The notes under the pieces are model-generated. The model did not search any database. It saw only the letters and a program-made list of their open reading frames with translations, and had not been told where the DNA came from. From assembly GCA_965644315.1 (NCBI GenBank), contig CBFFRQ010000042.1, positions 248,001 to 312,000 on the forward strand: a DNA stretch of 64,000 bases. Direction: 5' to 3'. The position numbers and the translations under genes are program-made. This stretch comes from Caecitellus pseudoparvulus (taxonomy: Eukaryota > Protista > Bigyra: Bicosoecida). Below are positions 12,001 to 22,800 of this stretch, piece by piece. Position 1 is the stretch's first letter, and the number at the start of each line of letters is the position of its first letter.

Positions 12001-14859
12001 CCAGAGGACGAGGGCAGCGCAGCCACGTGTGAGTTCCCTCAGCACCGATGGGTTGCCTTGAGTGCGCCCCCCAAGAAGTCAGGAAAGGTGCGTCTGGGCA
12101 CCCCTGGCTCTGGGGCGTTCCTCGGTGCCTTCGAGCACGATGTGGATGCTGCGGCTGCGTATGACAGGGAGGCCGTCCGAGCAGCGGGCCTGTCTGCCAA
12201 AGTCAACTTTCCCTGTGATTGGGGCTTGCCGCCCTCTGCAGCGGCTCGCAAGGTACAGAAAGCAAAGAAACAGGCCGATGGCAGCAGGTCCTTGCTCTCA
12301 GAGGAAGACGAAGAGGAGGCGGGTGAGGAGGTGAGCGATGCACAAGGCGCTTCTCGGCGCTTGACCCAGCTCAAGGCACAGACTTTGGCCTCACGTGTGC
12401 CATCTGCGGATGGACGAACGTCTGTTTCTCACCAGCGGGGAGAACCAGGCACTGCGCCGCGCGGGGCGCTGCGAGCACGCTCATGGTATGCCGGGGTGAC
12501 CCCTGTGTGGATACCCGACGGGGACGGGCACGCCTTGCGTTGGTCAGCGAGGATTTTGGACGCTGAGACGCAGCAAGTCGCACAGCTGGGCATGTTCGAG
12601 AAGGAAGAAGACGCGGCCCGAGCGTTCGACCAAGAGGCGTACTTGCGCCAGCCTCAAGCAGCCAAGTTGAATTTCCCTGAAGAGTGGGGGCACAGTGCGG
12701 TGTCGCGGGCCGTCAAGAAAGGCGCCCATACCTGCAGCCCTGCTGTGGCGCGAGCCGTCGCAGCGGGCGAGCCTTGCACCTCTCCCCGGCAGCAAGATGC
12801 CGCATTGGATCGTGGGCTCGATGCGACGTGCTCCTTCTTGCGGGGGTGCTTCCCGTGCGTCCCTCCAACGCAGCAGCACTGGACGCTGCGGGGCGTGTTG
12901 CGTGGAGCAGGCGGCGGGTGGGCAGCGGAGGTACGCCTGCCAAGGCAGCTCCTGGGCAGGGGCAGAGGCGGCGACTCAGTCCCGCTCCGCTTGGGGCTGT
13001 ATGCTGTTGCCCGCAATGCCGCATGTGTGGCAGACTTCTTCACAGTCGCCTTCTTGGGTCCGAAGGACAGCGCCGGCTTGCTCAACTTCCCGGATCTGTT
13101 GCCGTCTCACGTAGCCCAACTGCACAGTGGGTGTGCCTTGCCGGCACAGTGGATCCAGTCGCCCACTGCTATTCCCGAGTGTGTTCCTACTGCTGCAGTG
13201 AGGCGGCTGGCTCTGCAGCGTGCTGCACACCTGGGCCTGGGCTCAGGGGTGTTGCTGGGACCACCTCCCTTGCCGGGCATCACAGTTCCTGGTCCGGCTC
13301 CGCTTGGCGTGGAAGAGGAGGCGGCCGGAGACGAAGTGCAGGCGGAAGGTGCTCCGCAGGCCGCTGCCGCTGTGTCGTCTGGGGATGCGACAGAGGCCAG
13401 CCATGGAGGTCGCAAGCGCAGCCGAGGGGGCGAGCCCATGCCTACCACTCCAGACAGCCCAAGCTCTGCGAAACAGCATGGGAGCGACGTTCGAACCGAC
13501 GCGCCGCGCCGCACCACAGAGAGCAGTGCTGACGCCAGCGGCGCAGGGGTGGAGCCACCCACTGCTCAGGCCCCGCTGCCCCCTCCACCCCTGCCAAGCA
13601 TTCCACCTGGTCCAGCAGGCCCAGACACGACCTTGATCAACAGCATGGCCAAAGCCGTCCTGACGGCTCTGTGGCCGCTGCGGAATGCCATGGCGTCCAG
13701 GCGGCTCGTGGGCACGACCTTGCCCCTGCCAGCCCACAACGGCATGGTGGACGCTCACTCTGCCACGGCGGTGGCAGCAGCTACTGCAGCAGGCTCAGCA
13801 CTTGGCCCTGCCGGGCTGGTCCCAGGCCCTGCTGGGGCGGGAGCCCCCTTGACCTCCTGGCTCGCAGCAGTGGAGCACCCTGACACAGAGCATGCGCCCC
13901 ACGCCCAAGCGCGGAGGCCCGTGCAGCCCCTGAACCACGGGGGCCTGGGCAGTACTGCTCCAGTTGGACCCCTGTCCGCCCTCGCTGTGATGGCGCAGTG
14001 TGCTGCAGGCACTGGGGGGCAGCCTGCGGAGACCGCCATCCGCCACATGCACCGCCAGCGCAAGCGGCAGCTGGAGTACGCCGAGGCATGTGGCATGACG
14101 CCGCCCAGCCAGCCCGTCAAGCGCACCCCGCGCGGCATGGACGTGTCAGGGGTGGTGGGCTGTCGCGGCGGCGCAGAGAGCACAGCCACGCGTCCCGCCC
14201 TCGGCACTGCCGCCCACGTCGTGGAGGCTGTGGACGGCGAGGGCAGTGAAGTGCTCGTTGAGGCGCCCCGTCTCGCAGCTGCGGCGTTTTCGTGGCCTGA
14301 GCAAGAGCCGCTGCCAGTGGCCGGGCTGGGGTGGGCCCACGGAGCCCAAGCTCGGCTCGCCCTGCCACACCAAGGCGCAGGCTGCGGTGCTCCGCGGGTG
14401 AGGGTGCGCTTGGCCGCCAGTGCTCAGGGCACGCGCGACGACGAGGCGGCGCCACATGGAGTCCTGCCTCTGAACCCTGTCAGCGTGGAGGATGGCCGAG
14501 CCGCCGTGACTCCGGCCGGTGGGGGTGGCTTGTGGGACACTTGGCTGGCACAGCCCTGTGGCGTGCCCTGCAGCATGGCTCCCTCGGCAGGCTATGCCCC
14601 GCACTACATCCCCAGCATGGTGTCTGCCGCCCCCGTGCTGTTCGCGCGGGGGGCAGAGGTGCTGCCCAACGCTCTGGGCAGCCGGGACTCTGCCGCACAC
14701 CTCCGGCGAGAGGCCCACGCGGCTGCCAACCGCTTGGCTCGCCTTCGCCTCTCACGGGTGGGGCCGCCCCACAACACAGGCGGGCCGGCGCCGGGGCCTG
14801 CGGGGGGGGCTGCCGTGGCTGCGCCAGTCGCGTCAGCGCCTACTGTGGGAGGGAGCTAG
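6076..14859 (+). CDS. Large nuclear regulator: ELM2-SANT + NSD-type tandem PHD fingers + four AP2 domains
   Basis: Introns 6370-6530 and 6723-6795. ELM2 PRIGDDFQVSELP..WSP; SANT WHKAEVLRFAAAFAKMGKDFALIG..RTVQQTVSFYY; PHDs CALCGDGGDLVCCDGDCRRSYHLGC, CQRMCGKHYHLEC, CPFHLCSEC..CQACPTAYH; four AP2-like units each ending NFP. Start codon uncertain. Confidence 0.85.
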
Positions 14860-14887
14860 CCTGGTCAATGAGGTAGCCAGCGACCAA

Positions 14888-14897
14888 CAATGCATTG
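14888..14897. promoter_or_regulatory. Palindromic CAATGCATTG: candidate bidirectional 3'-end (polyadenylation) signal
   Basis: Lies in the 61-bp gap between the convergent stops at 14859 and 14921, and gives AATGCA on both strands. The same hexamer follows most stops in the window. Confidence 0.6.
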
Positions 14898-14920
14898 ACG
14901 AGGGCCGGCTCCCAGCACGC

Positions 14921-15682
14921 TCAGTGGCCGGCAATGCTAAGCCCTGCCGGGTGCACGCCCTCCGCAGAAGTCTTCACGGCGATGGGCGCTGCGAATATGT
15001 CAAGGTACTCCTCCACAGACATGACCCTGTCGCTGCGACAGAAGGCGAGCAGACTGTCTTGGGAGGGAATGTGCTTGGGGTGGGTTTGGGGCAACCCGTC
15101 ACAGAACGCCTGCGCGTCACTGCGGGCTGCTGAGACGCCGGGGCATGCAGGCGCCAACGTGGACAGCTGCTGGTACAGTGCCAGGCTGGCTGTGGCTGTC
15201 GTACTGGAGTCCAAAGCCGCCGCCGTGGTGCCAGCGACGGGCTGCAGAGCCGCCACGAGCGGACGCTGGAACAGTGTCGTGGGGCAGTCCTCCACCGCCA
15301 TGACAACACGCAAGTTGGCGCAAACTGGCGCACCCTCATCAGATGTCACCGCGGCAGCCATGCGCCTGAGCAGCGTCACGACGATCTCCGGCGCAGCTTC
15401 GACAAAGTGCACCACCGTTACGCTTTGCACAAGAAGCAAGCCTCGCACTGCCGTTTCAGCTTCATCTGGGTCAGGGGCCACTTCCTCCACGAAGCTATGA
15501 AAGGTGTCCAGCACGTGTTGCGATGACGATCCCTCTGGGATCTCGGCAACATACAAACACCTCGTGAAGCTCGGCACCTGGGAAATTTCTTCCTCACCTC
15601 CACCTTCACCCTGCACTGTCTCCACGACCCTCACACGCTCCAGCACCGTGTCCAGCAGAGATTTACTCGCACTCAGGTCCAT
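14921..15682 (-). CDS. TEX47: TEX47/MOT7-like (BLUF-like fold) flagellar protein
   Basis: SLLDTVLE, RCLYVA, VRGLLLVQSVTVVHFVEA and LRVVMAVEDCPTTLF match the TEX47 pattern; intronless ORF with a gccATGG start. Confidence 0.65.
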   Translation of the reverse strand: MDLSASKSLLDTVLERVRVVETVQGEGGGEEEISQVPSFTRCLYVAEIPEGSSSQHVLDTFHSFVEEVAPDPDEAETAVRGLLLVQSVTVVHFVEAAPEIVVTLLRRMAAAVTSDEGAPVCANLRVVMAVEDCPTTLFQRPLVAALQPVAGTTAAALDSSTTATASLALYQQLSTLAPACPGVSAARSDAQAFCDGLPQTHPKHIPSQDSLLAFCRSDRVMSVEEYLDIFAAPIAVKTSAEGVHPAGLSIAGH

Positions 15683-16396
15683 GGCAACTGGAGCTGCGAT
15701 GAGGAGCTAATTGCTCGAAGAAATGCCAGCGCAGGCCAGGACGTCTGCCGAAACGCAATTTCCGCACCCAGCGGCGGGCGGCAAGCCGCCGAATTGAGTG
15801 CACGGACTCAGGAAGGCGCGCAGTGTTGCACAGGTTGGTGATATCAATGCCGCACTATTCGCAGATAGTCTGTTTTGCTTGAAGTTGCTCCATAGTGTCT
15901 CTCCCAGGTTGCAGCTTACCTAAGCGAAGCGACAAGCAGCACGCGCCGGAGGCAGGCCGGTTCCCACACCTAAGACGGATTCCTGCCTTGCTGAGGAGTC
16001 GCCGAGAGCGTCTTTTAGCCTTCGGGATGGATTCAGTGCCAGGTCCTCCAGGTAGTTACAATGGACGGCACAAATAAGTCCAGCCCATGAGCCTGCGGAA
16101 ATAGCAAACACATGGCAAGCGGCAAGGTTGACACCTGGCAAAGCCTACCATTCAAATTCCACCGTGCGCTACTCCCCAAGTTGACTGCGGTACAGGATAG
16201 AGCACCCCGTGGCCTTCTTCTCTTGCTGCCCAGCAAGCACGCCAAAAAAGGCCTGGCTGCTGACGGAGTTGGTGCAAGGCGTGTCGACTGAACGTGAGGT
16301 GTGCTCGACGGACCACCATGCGGGCCTGCAACGCACACATATGCTCCCAACCCACACCACAGGTTGTTCCTTTGGGCTTTTAAGCTGCTGAATAGC

Positions 16397-17034
16397 ATGG
16401 CTGCTGCCAAGACTGGTGCAGAGCGTTTCACAGGTGAGGGAGGTGCAGTGCACCCTCCACGGCAACCAGGGCATGCAGGGCCACGTGCCGCTGCTGACTG
16501 GGCCATCCCGGGCTGCAGATGCTACGGCAGTCGCAGTTATTTAACCTTATTTGCTGTGCCTGTGTTCTCATGCCCCGTCGCCGCGCCGCTGCAGAGGAGG
16601 AGCGTGTGGCGTACAGGGTGGTGTTTGACAAGTATGACGCCGATGGCAGTGGCGCCGTGGACGGCGCAGAGCTCAAGTCGGTGTTTGCGGAATGCGGCCA
16701 GCAACTCACAGACGAAGAGGTGAAGGACCTCATGCAGGAGTTCGACGACGACGGCAACGGTGAGCTGGAGTTCAAGGAGTTCTTGGAGATGATGTCCAAG
16801 TTGGTGGCGGGCCCTACGACAGAGCAGCTGCTGGACGAGATGTTCAAGCTGTTCGACACGAACAAGGACGGCTTCATTGACGCGGGGGAGATGAAGGCTG
16901 TGATGAAGGAGGTGGGCCAGACCCTCACCACGGCGGAGGCCCAGGCTATGCTGGACGAGGGCAGCGGCGGCAGCGGCAAGGTGGACAAGGCAGTGTTTGC
17001 CAAGCTCTGCGCCGACCTCATCAAGCTGGAGTGA
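16397..17034 (+). CDS. Calmodulin-like EF-hand protein
   Basis: Exon 1 MAAAKTGAERFT, intron 16434-16594. EF loops DADGSGAVDGAE, DDDGNGELEFKE and DTNKDGFIDAGE; the fourth loop is degenerate. Confidence 0.9.
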
Positions 17035-17097
17035 CGTTCGCAGGTGCAACGTGCGCAACTGTGTATTGGGCCCCTGAAATTTCACCCGTGTTCCACC

Positions 17098-18396
17098 TCA
17101 CCACTCCATGTCCGCATACGCCATGAGCATGAGCTTGTGCCCCTCCTCCAGCGTCTCAGCGCCGCTCAGCACAGCTTGGCTCAGTGCGGGCACGACGGGT
17201 GCCACCATTTCCACGCTCGCCAAGTGCACTAGTAGGTTGAAGTCTGCCAGGGCGGCCACGAGACCCATACCCTTCGCTTTGGCGTTCGTGAAGTAGGTCC
17301 GCACCTCCTCCCTCTGCACGGGGCGGCCGAGGCGGGAAGCCTTTGGAAACCCCGCACTTAAGCCGGACTCGTACTGGGCAACAGCTACATTCACGAGGAA
17401 CACAGTTGTCGGGAGGCTTTCTTGGGCCTTTGCTTCCATGATGACGTGAAACTTCGCAGAGCAGTCCAGTTCCCCAGGCTTCGACGGGTGCGGGGCCACT
17501 GCACCAGCTGCTAGCATTTCCATGAACTGGTCAGACACTTGGTACGCTTGCACGATGGCTTCCCCCTTCTCGTTTGCCGAGAGCCTGAAAATGGTGAAGG
17601 GGCTGTCCTTCCCTGCCCCCCCCTGCTTCATCGCCGCAGCGACGATCTCCTGGCCGCTAAGCAGGATGTCCTCATCACGAGGGGGGTGGGCGATGATCAT
17701 GCCGACACACACCAAGCCCAGTAAGTTTGCCACCACCCCCACCGCCTCGCCCTCCTCGCCAGCGTCGTGCTCTGTCCACCCCTGCGGCGTGTTCGTCTGA
17801 GGCGGCTCCCAGATGGCTGACGCTTTGATGCCACCGTCGCTGGTGAACCGACCATACAAGTAAGCGATACGGGATGTTTGGTATGCCAACCCTTGCAGGT
17901 ATGCTGTCAAGTCCTGGGCTGCGTTTGTGTCAATGGTTGCCTTGGTGCAGTGTGGCTTCTCCTGTGGGACAACCTTCCACTCCAGGCTGCGCTGCAGGTC
18001 CATGAAGTCCATCCAGTTCCACTGCTTCTGCATGTCCCGCATGCTGGGCACGCCTGGCTTGTACCCTCGAGCCTTTGCCAACTCCTCACTGGACATGTAC
18101 GTGATGCTTCCGTCAGCTGCCACCTTCTTCACAGAAGTGGCTGGGGCCACCTCGGCTTCGAAAGAAACAAATAGCATGAATCCATTGCTTGCACCCAGCT
18201 CCCCCAGAGTCGTGCTGTCTGGAAGCGCGCCTCCGCCCATGGACGTGGAAATGGCCTGCTCCTGGATGGACACCGCCTTCATCTCAAACACCCGCTGCTT
18301 CAGCTGCCCTACAGTCGTCGAACGGTCGACACCCGGAATTCGCCAAGTACCAGCTTTTCCCCGGAGTCGAACCAGGAAAGTATCTGCTGCCGCCAT
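17098..18396 (-). CDS. NPL4: NPL4-like Cdc48/p97 cofactor (UBL + MPN, plant-type)
   Basis: N-terminal UBL (LVRLRGKAGTWRI), RIAYLYG, AIWEPPQ, LLGLVCVGMIIAH, LSGQEI, AYQVSDQ, LADFNLL. Confidence 0.88.
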   Translation of the reverse strand: MAAADTFLVRLRGKAGTWRIPGVDRSTTVGQLKQRVFEMKAVSIQEQAISTSMGGGALPDSTTLGELGASNGFMLFVSFEAEVAPATSVKKVAADGSITYMSSEELAKARGYKPGVPSMRDMQKQWNWMDFMDLQRSLEWKVVPQEKPHCTKATIDTNAAQDLTAYLQGLAYQTSRIAYLYGRFTSDGGIKASAIWEPPQTNTPQGWTEHDAGEEGEAVGVVANLLGLVCVGMIIAHPPRDEDILLSGQEIVAAAMKQGGAGKDSPFTIFRLSANEKGEAIVQAYQVSDQFMEMLAAGAVAPHPSKPGELDCSAKFHVIMEAKAQESLPTTVFLVNVAVAQYESGLSAGFPKASRLGRPVQREEVRTYFTNAKAKGMGLVAALADFNLLVHLASVEMVAPVVPALSQAVLSGAETLEEGHKLMLMAYADMEW

Positions 18397-18886
18397 GGTG
18401 ACCCGCTCAAACTGGGCGGCAGTGTCAGCTTGCGTGCAGTGAAACGCCAGCAGACGAAACGTCACTGGCCCCGCCGCACAGGCACCAACAACGTTAGCCG
18501 GGTGAAGTGGGGAGCGGGAGCAAGCAAATTTCTACGCGCAATTTGTGCCCGTCGATGAGGTGTGTCTGTCGGTCAAGCCTGTGCCCAAGCTCCGGTTCAT
18601 GAGCTCCCCCCCTGATGTCACGGCTGCTCTGCCTGCTGTGTGAGTCCTCGCCCGAGTGGACCCCTTCGGCCGCAAAACAGAACCACTTGAAAACCAACTC
18701 ACACCTAGAGAACCCTTGCGAGCACTCAGCTACCTTGCATACCTGCAGAGAGGCCTCAGACTCTGCTGCTGTCAGCCTCCTTCATCAGCCAGGCATCAGC
18801 CGATCTACCCAGGCTGCTCAGCGCTCCACAGGGCGAGCTTCTCCTTGATTCTTCCACGCACTTCCTTCTTATTACGATTCTTTGAC

Positions 18887-19814
18887 ATGGCAAGCTCCAC
18901 AGCTGCTCACACCGCGCAAGCGCCAGCTGCCACGAGTGAACCAGCTTCAGGCGGGGTGCCACTGGAAGAAGTGACGGGCGATGCAGCAGTACGTGTTGTC
19001 GCCGACTGCAGCTGCATGGCATTGCTCATCTCTTTCTTGGTTGAGTGCAGATTTTGAACTACATCTTTGATCCAAACAAGGCCTTCATCGCGAGTGCCGT
19101 TCCACTGCCCAAAACAGGCGAGTGCGGAAATTGACAATTGCCACGCGTGGCGAAGTTAACCTCCACCACACCTTGCTCGTTTTCACGCGCAGAACCAGAA
19201 GAGGCTGGCTCCACAACCGATGATGATTCCGTCAGGGCTGTGGAAAAAGAAGCAGTCGCTGCTGCTGAAGCTGGAGACTTGGAAAAGGCGCTGTCCACAC
19301 TCTCAGCTGGCCTGGAGAAGCACCCCGACCGGGGAAGCTTGCTCAACAACCGCGCTCAGGTACTTAGGTTGTTGGGGAAGAACGCAGATGCCGAGTTGGA
19401 CCTTGATAAGGCCATTGAAGTCGAAAGCGCTTGGATTGATTCCCACGAGGAGCTGAAAGGCTCCGCACAAGACAAGAGGTGTCGGCGGGTGCTGCAGCAA
19501 GCCTTCACTCAGCGTGCCATCTTGAAGCAGTGAGTTGCGCATGCAACCCGCGCTCCGGCTAAGTCGGTATGGTGTGATTTCTGCACCCCTGATTCCCTCA
19601 CAGCAAAGCCGGAGATTCCGCAGGGCAGGAAGCCGACATGGCTGCTGCTGCTGCGTACGGGAGTGCCATGGCACGCATGCTGACCTCTGAGACCAACCCG
19701 TACGCAGCCATGTGCCACACTGCGGTGGCAAAGATGATTGAGTCGCCGGAGGACGACAGTGCTGGTGCCATCGGGTCATTGGCAGCAGGTGCTGCAGCCA
19801 GCCCCAAGCCATGA
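18887..19814 (+). CDS. TTC36: Tetratricopeptide repeat protein 36-like
   Basis: Four exons (introns 18989-19050, about 19118-19192, 19530-19603): ILNYIFDP, AVAAAEAGDLEKAL, SLLNNRAQVLRL, QAFTQR, NPYAAMC. Confidence 0.88.
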
Positions 19815-19820
19815 GCTCCG

Positions 19821-22800
19821 TCAATGCACACCTTGCTTCCGAGGCACGGCCCTCTCCGGCTCAGTACCTGGCCTAGAGATGCCAAAGTTTGCACGGGCAA
19901 GCACCTCAAGCGGGCTGCTGGACTCCTGCAGATGCTGGCCTGTTGGAGCAATTCGCGGCTTGGTCGGCGACTTTCGCAGCGCTCTCTCTCTAGGGTGCGA
20001 GTCGCCACCACCCACAACCAGCTCTCTCCTGTTCAACTCTCCATATAGCCGCTTTGCGAAGTGCACTCGAGCTGCCTCCTCGCTCGGGGGCCGTTCGTGG
20101 CGCTTGCCAAAGAAGACATTTCGCTCCCCATGCTTGGTGTACAAGGCGCGCCTTGCGCTTTGTTGCTGCTGGAGGGCATCCAGCTGTTTCGCTGCGTGGT
20201 ACTTGCGCATCAGACTTGCATGCGTTGGACTTGAAGCGTGCCTTGCAACCCCATTGCTTGTGTGCTCCCTGGGGTCAGCGCTCCCGTGGATGTCCATGCC
20301 AGACCCGTTCGAAATGTGCTGGCCCGGAGATTTCGCCTTGGCCTCCCGGAAGTCCTTAACCGCTCCTGAAACAGCAGCTGCTGCTGCCCGGACGCTGTTT
20401 AGAATGTCTGCCGTCTCTCCTGGGGGGGGCGGGGGTGGGGACCGCGCGGCTATGCTTGCCAGAGCAGCAACGGCTGCTGCTGTAGCTGAAGCCGGGCCGG
20501 AAATCGTACCTGGCGTGGCAAGCACATCAAGGTGTGGAGCCTTGGAACTAGGAGAAAATGAGCGATGGGGTGACGACTGGCGGGCGGAGTGCACAATGTC
20601 GAGGTATCGCTGCTGGGAAGGAGACCAACGGGGTGGAGGCGGCGGTGCACTAGCTAGACCTTGCGCTTTGGCCTCTGCAAACCACGGCTCTGAGAATGGA
20701 GGTGGTGGTAAGTGGCGGGTAATAGCTCGTGCTGTGCTTCCTGGGAGTCTCCAAGCTGGATCCGTCAAACGCTGCCATGCATCTGAAGGTGCCAGCTCCG
20801 GCCTGGCACCGCTTGAGCAGCGAAGAGTGGGGCCAGGGACACGAGTTTGCTGGTGCACGAATTTCACTTGCCCACCTTGAGCATGCAATCCTGGAATACG
20901 CAGTGCTTGACTATGCTGCCTGGATGGCGAAAATGCAATGCCTCCCCCCTTTCCGTGGCCACCCACAGAATGCCACAGGCGCTGAGAAGGTCGTGAGGGG
21001 CTGGAGGACCGCACTTCACCCTGAGTAAAGGAAGGGTCGGGCCGGGGATGGAACGCTGCTTCATCCTCTGAACTTTCCGGTGATGTGTCAGCCGAGCTGC
21101 TCGAAGAGCTTCTACTGCCAGGAGAGGGTGGCGCGTGTGGCTCGTTGCGCTGCGTTTCGGAAGGCCGTGCAGACGCCATCTCCAAAGTGGAAGGGGAAGC
21201 CTTGGGGGAGTCAGGAGCCGCCAGTGAAGCCATGTCTGTCACAGGGGTGGTCGTCGTGCTTTGGGATTGAGCTGGCAAGGCCACAACGGGGGTGATCTTC
21301 TGGACCTCCCGCACGGCGTCGCGAATCTGGACAAGGACACTCTCCTTGAACGCAAGAAACTGACTCGTTCGCTGCCGGCTTGCATCCTTCATGCGTCTCA
21401 AGTGTTCATCGTGCTCTCGTTTTCGAATGGAGGCCAGTGCCTGGTACTGCTCTTGGATGCGGCTGACTTTCTGCTCCCATTCGATCTGCTGAGAACGCAG
21501 GCGCTCAGAGAGGGCCTCAGCCTCAGCCTGGACATCTTGGACGCAGAATCCACTTGCCAAAACGTCCTTGAAGCTTTGAAGTGGACCCTTGCTCTGCTGC
21601 ACCTTCTCCTGCTGCCTTGGCCTTGGCAAGCTTGATGGCGCTTGGTCTTTCAGTCGGGGCTTTCGCTGCCCCATTCCTGGGGGCGGGGGCGGTCCAGGTA
21701 GAGCACCAAAGCCCAAGGGGCGCGGTGACCAACTTGCTCGCCTCTGTCGCTGCACTTCGCGCAATGTACTCCTTGCGGTGCTTTCAGCACTTAAGCTCTG
21801 CTCCTGTCCACTCTGCGGAGCTTCGAGGCCCAAGGGTGCTTGTTCGAGGCGACCAACAGGAGAGCCAGATAAACCCTCCAAGTCCCCTTGCTCTTTGGCC
21901 AAGATTGCCGTTGATTCCTTCTTCGGTTTCATGGGTGCGTCGTGGCCTCCAGAGAGTTTATCAGATTCCGAGCTCATTGGGCCTTCGAAGCCGTCTGGCA
22001 GGCTGCTGCTAGATTCCGGGTTGACAAGTGGTGGGCTGCTCTGAACATGAAGAGACGCCTCCTCTGGAATACTCTTGGGGGTCTCTATCCTATCGCGGCC
22101 CTTGCGCTTGCCAGACGGAGGCGGCGGCTTTCCATCTGGTGGATCAGATGGATTCCTGATGAGAACCAGCCCGGGCGGGGGCAATGTAGCCGTTGGAAGC
22201 TCTGCATCCAGTGCCTCGACCGTCTGCTCCTTACTCTGAACAGAACGTAGCGAGATGTCTCCAGACTGAGGCTTAGGGACTTTGGGGCTCGACAAAGCGT
22301 CTGAACCGATACCAACGGAAGGGGCACCTGCCACACTCAACCCAGACAACGGTTCAGGAGGGGTTGCTACATCACCCTCATGACCACATCCTTCCCTATC
22401 AATCCCATCATCATCTGCCTTCCCGCCCGATGGCGGGGGTCCACGAGGTGTCGGCGTGGCCTTGCTGCCCGATGGCGGGGGTCCACGAGGTGTCGGCGTG
22501 GCCTTGCTGCCCGATGGCGGGGGTCCACGAGGTGTCGGCGTGGCCTTGCCGCCCGATGGCGGGGGTCCACGAGGTGTCGGCGTGGCCTTGCTGCCCGATG
22601 GCGGGGGTCCACGAGGTGTCGGCGTGGCCTTGCCGCCCGATGGCGGGGGTCCACGAGGTGTCGGCGTGGCCTTGCCGCCCGATGGCGGGGGTCCACGAGG
22701 TGTCGGCGTGGCCTTGCCGCCCGATGGCGGGGGTCCACGAGGTGTCGGCGTGGCCTTGCCGCCCGATGGCGGGGGTCCACGAGGTGTCGGCGTGGCCTTG

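Noticed and set aside
10500-13100. AP2 domains as the mark of an HNH-AP2 homing endonuclease or mobile element
   Set aside because: No HNH, integrase or terminal repeats; the domains are embedded in an intron-containing chromatin protein.
15683-16396. Possible ncRNA in the ~700-bp divergent intergenic region
   Set aside because: No tRNA, snRNA or snoRNA box pattern recognised by eye; an Rfam/Infernal scan would be needed.
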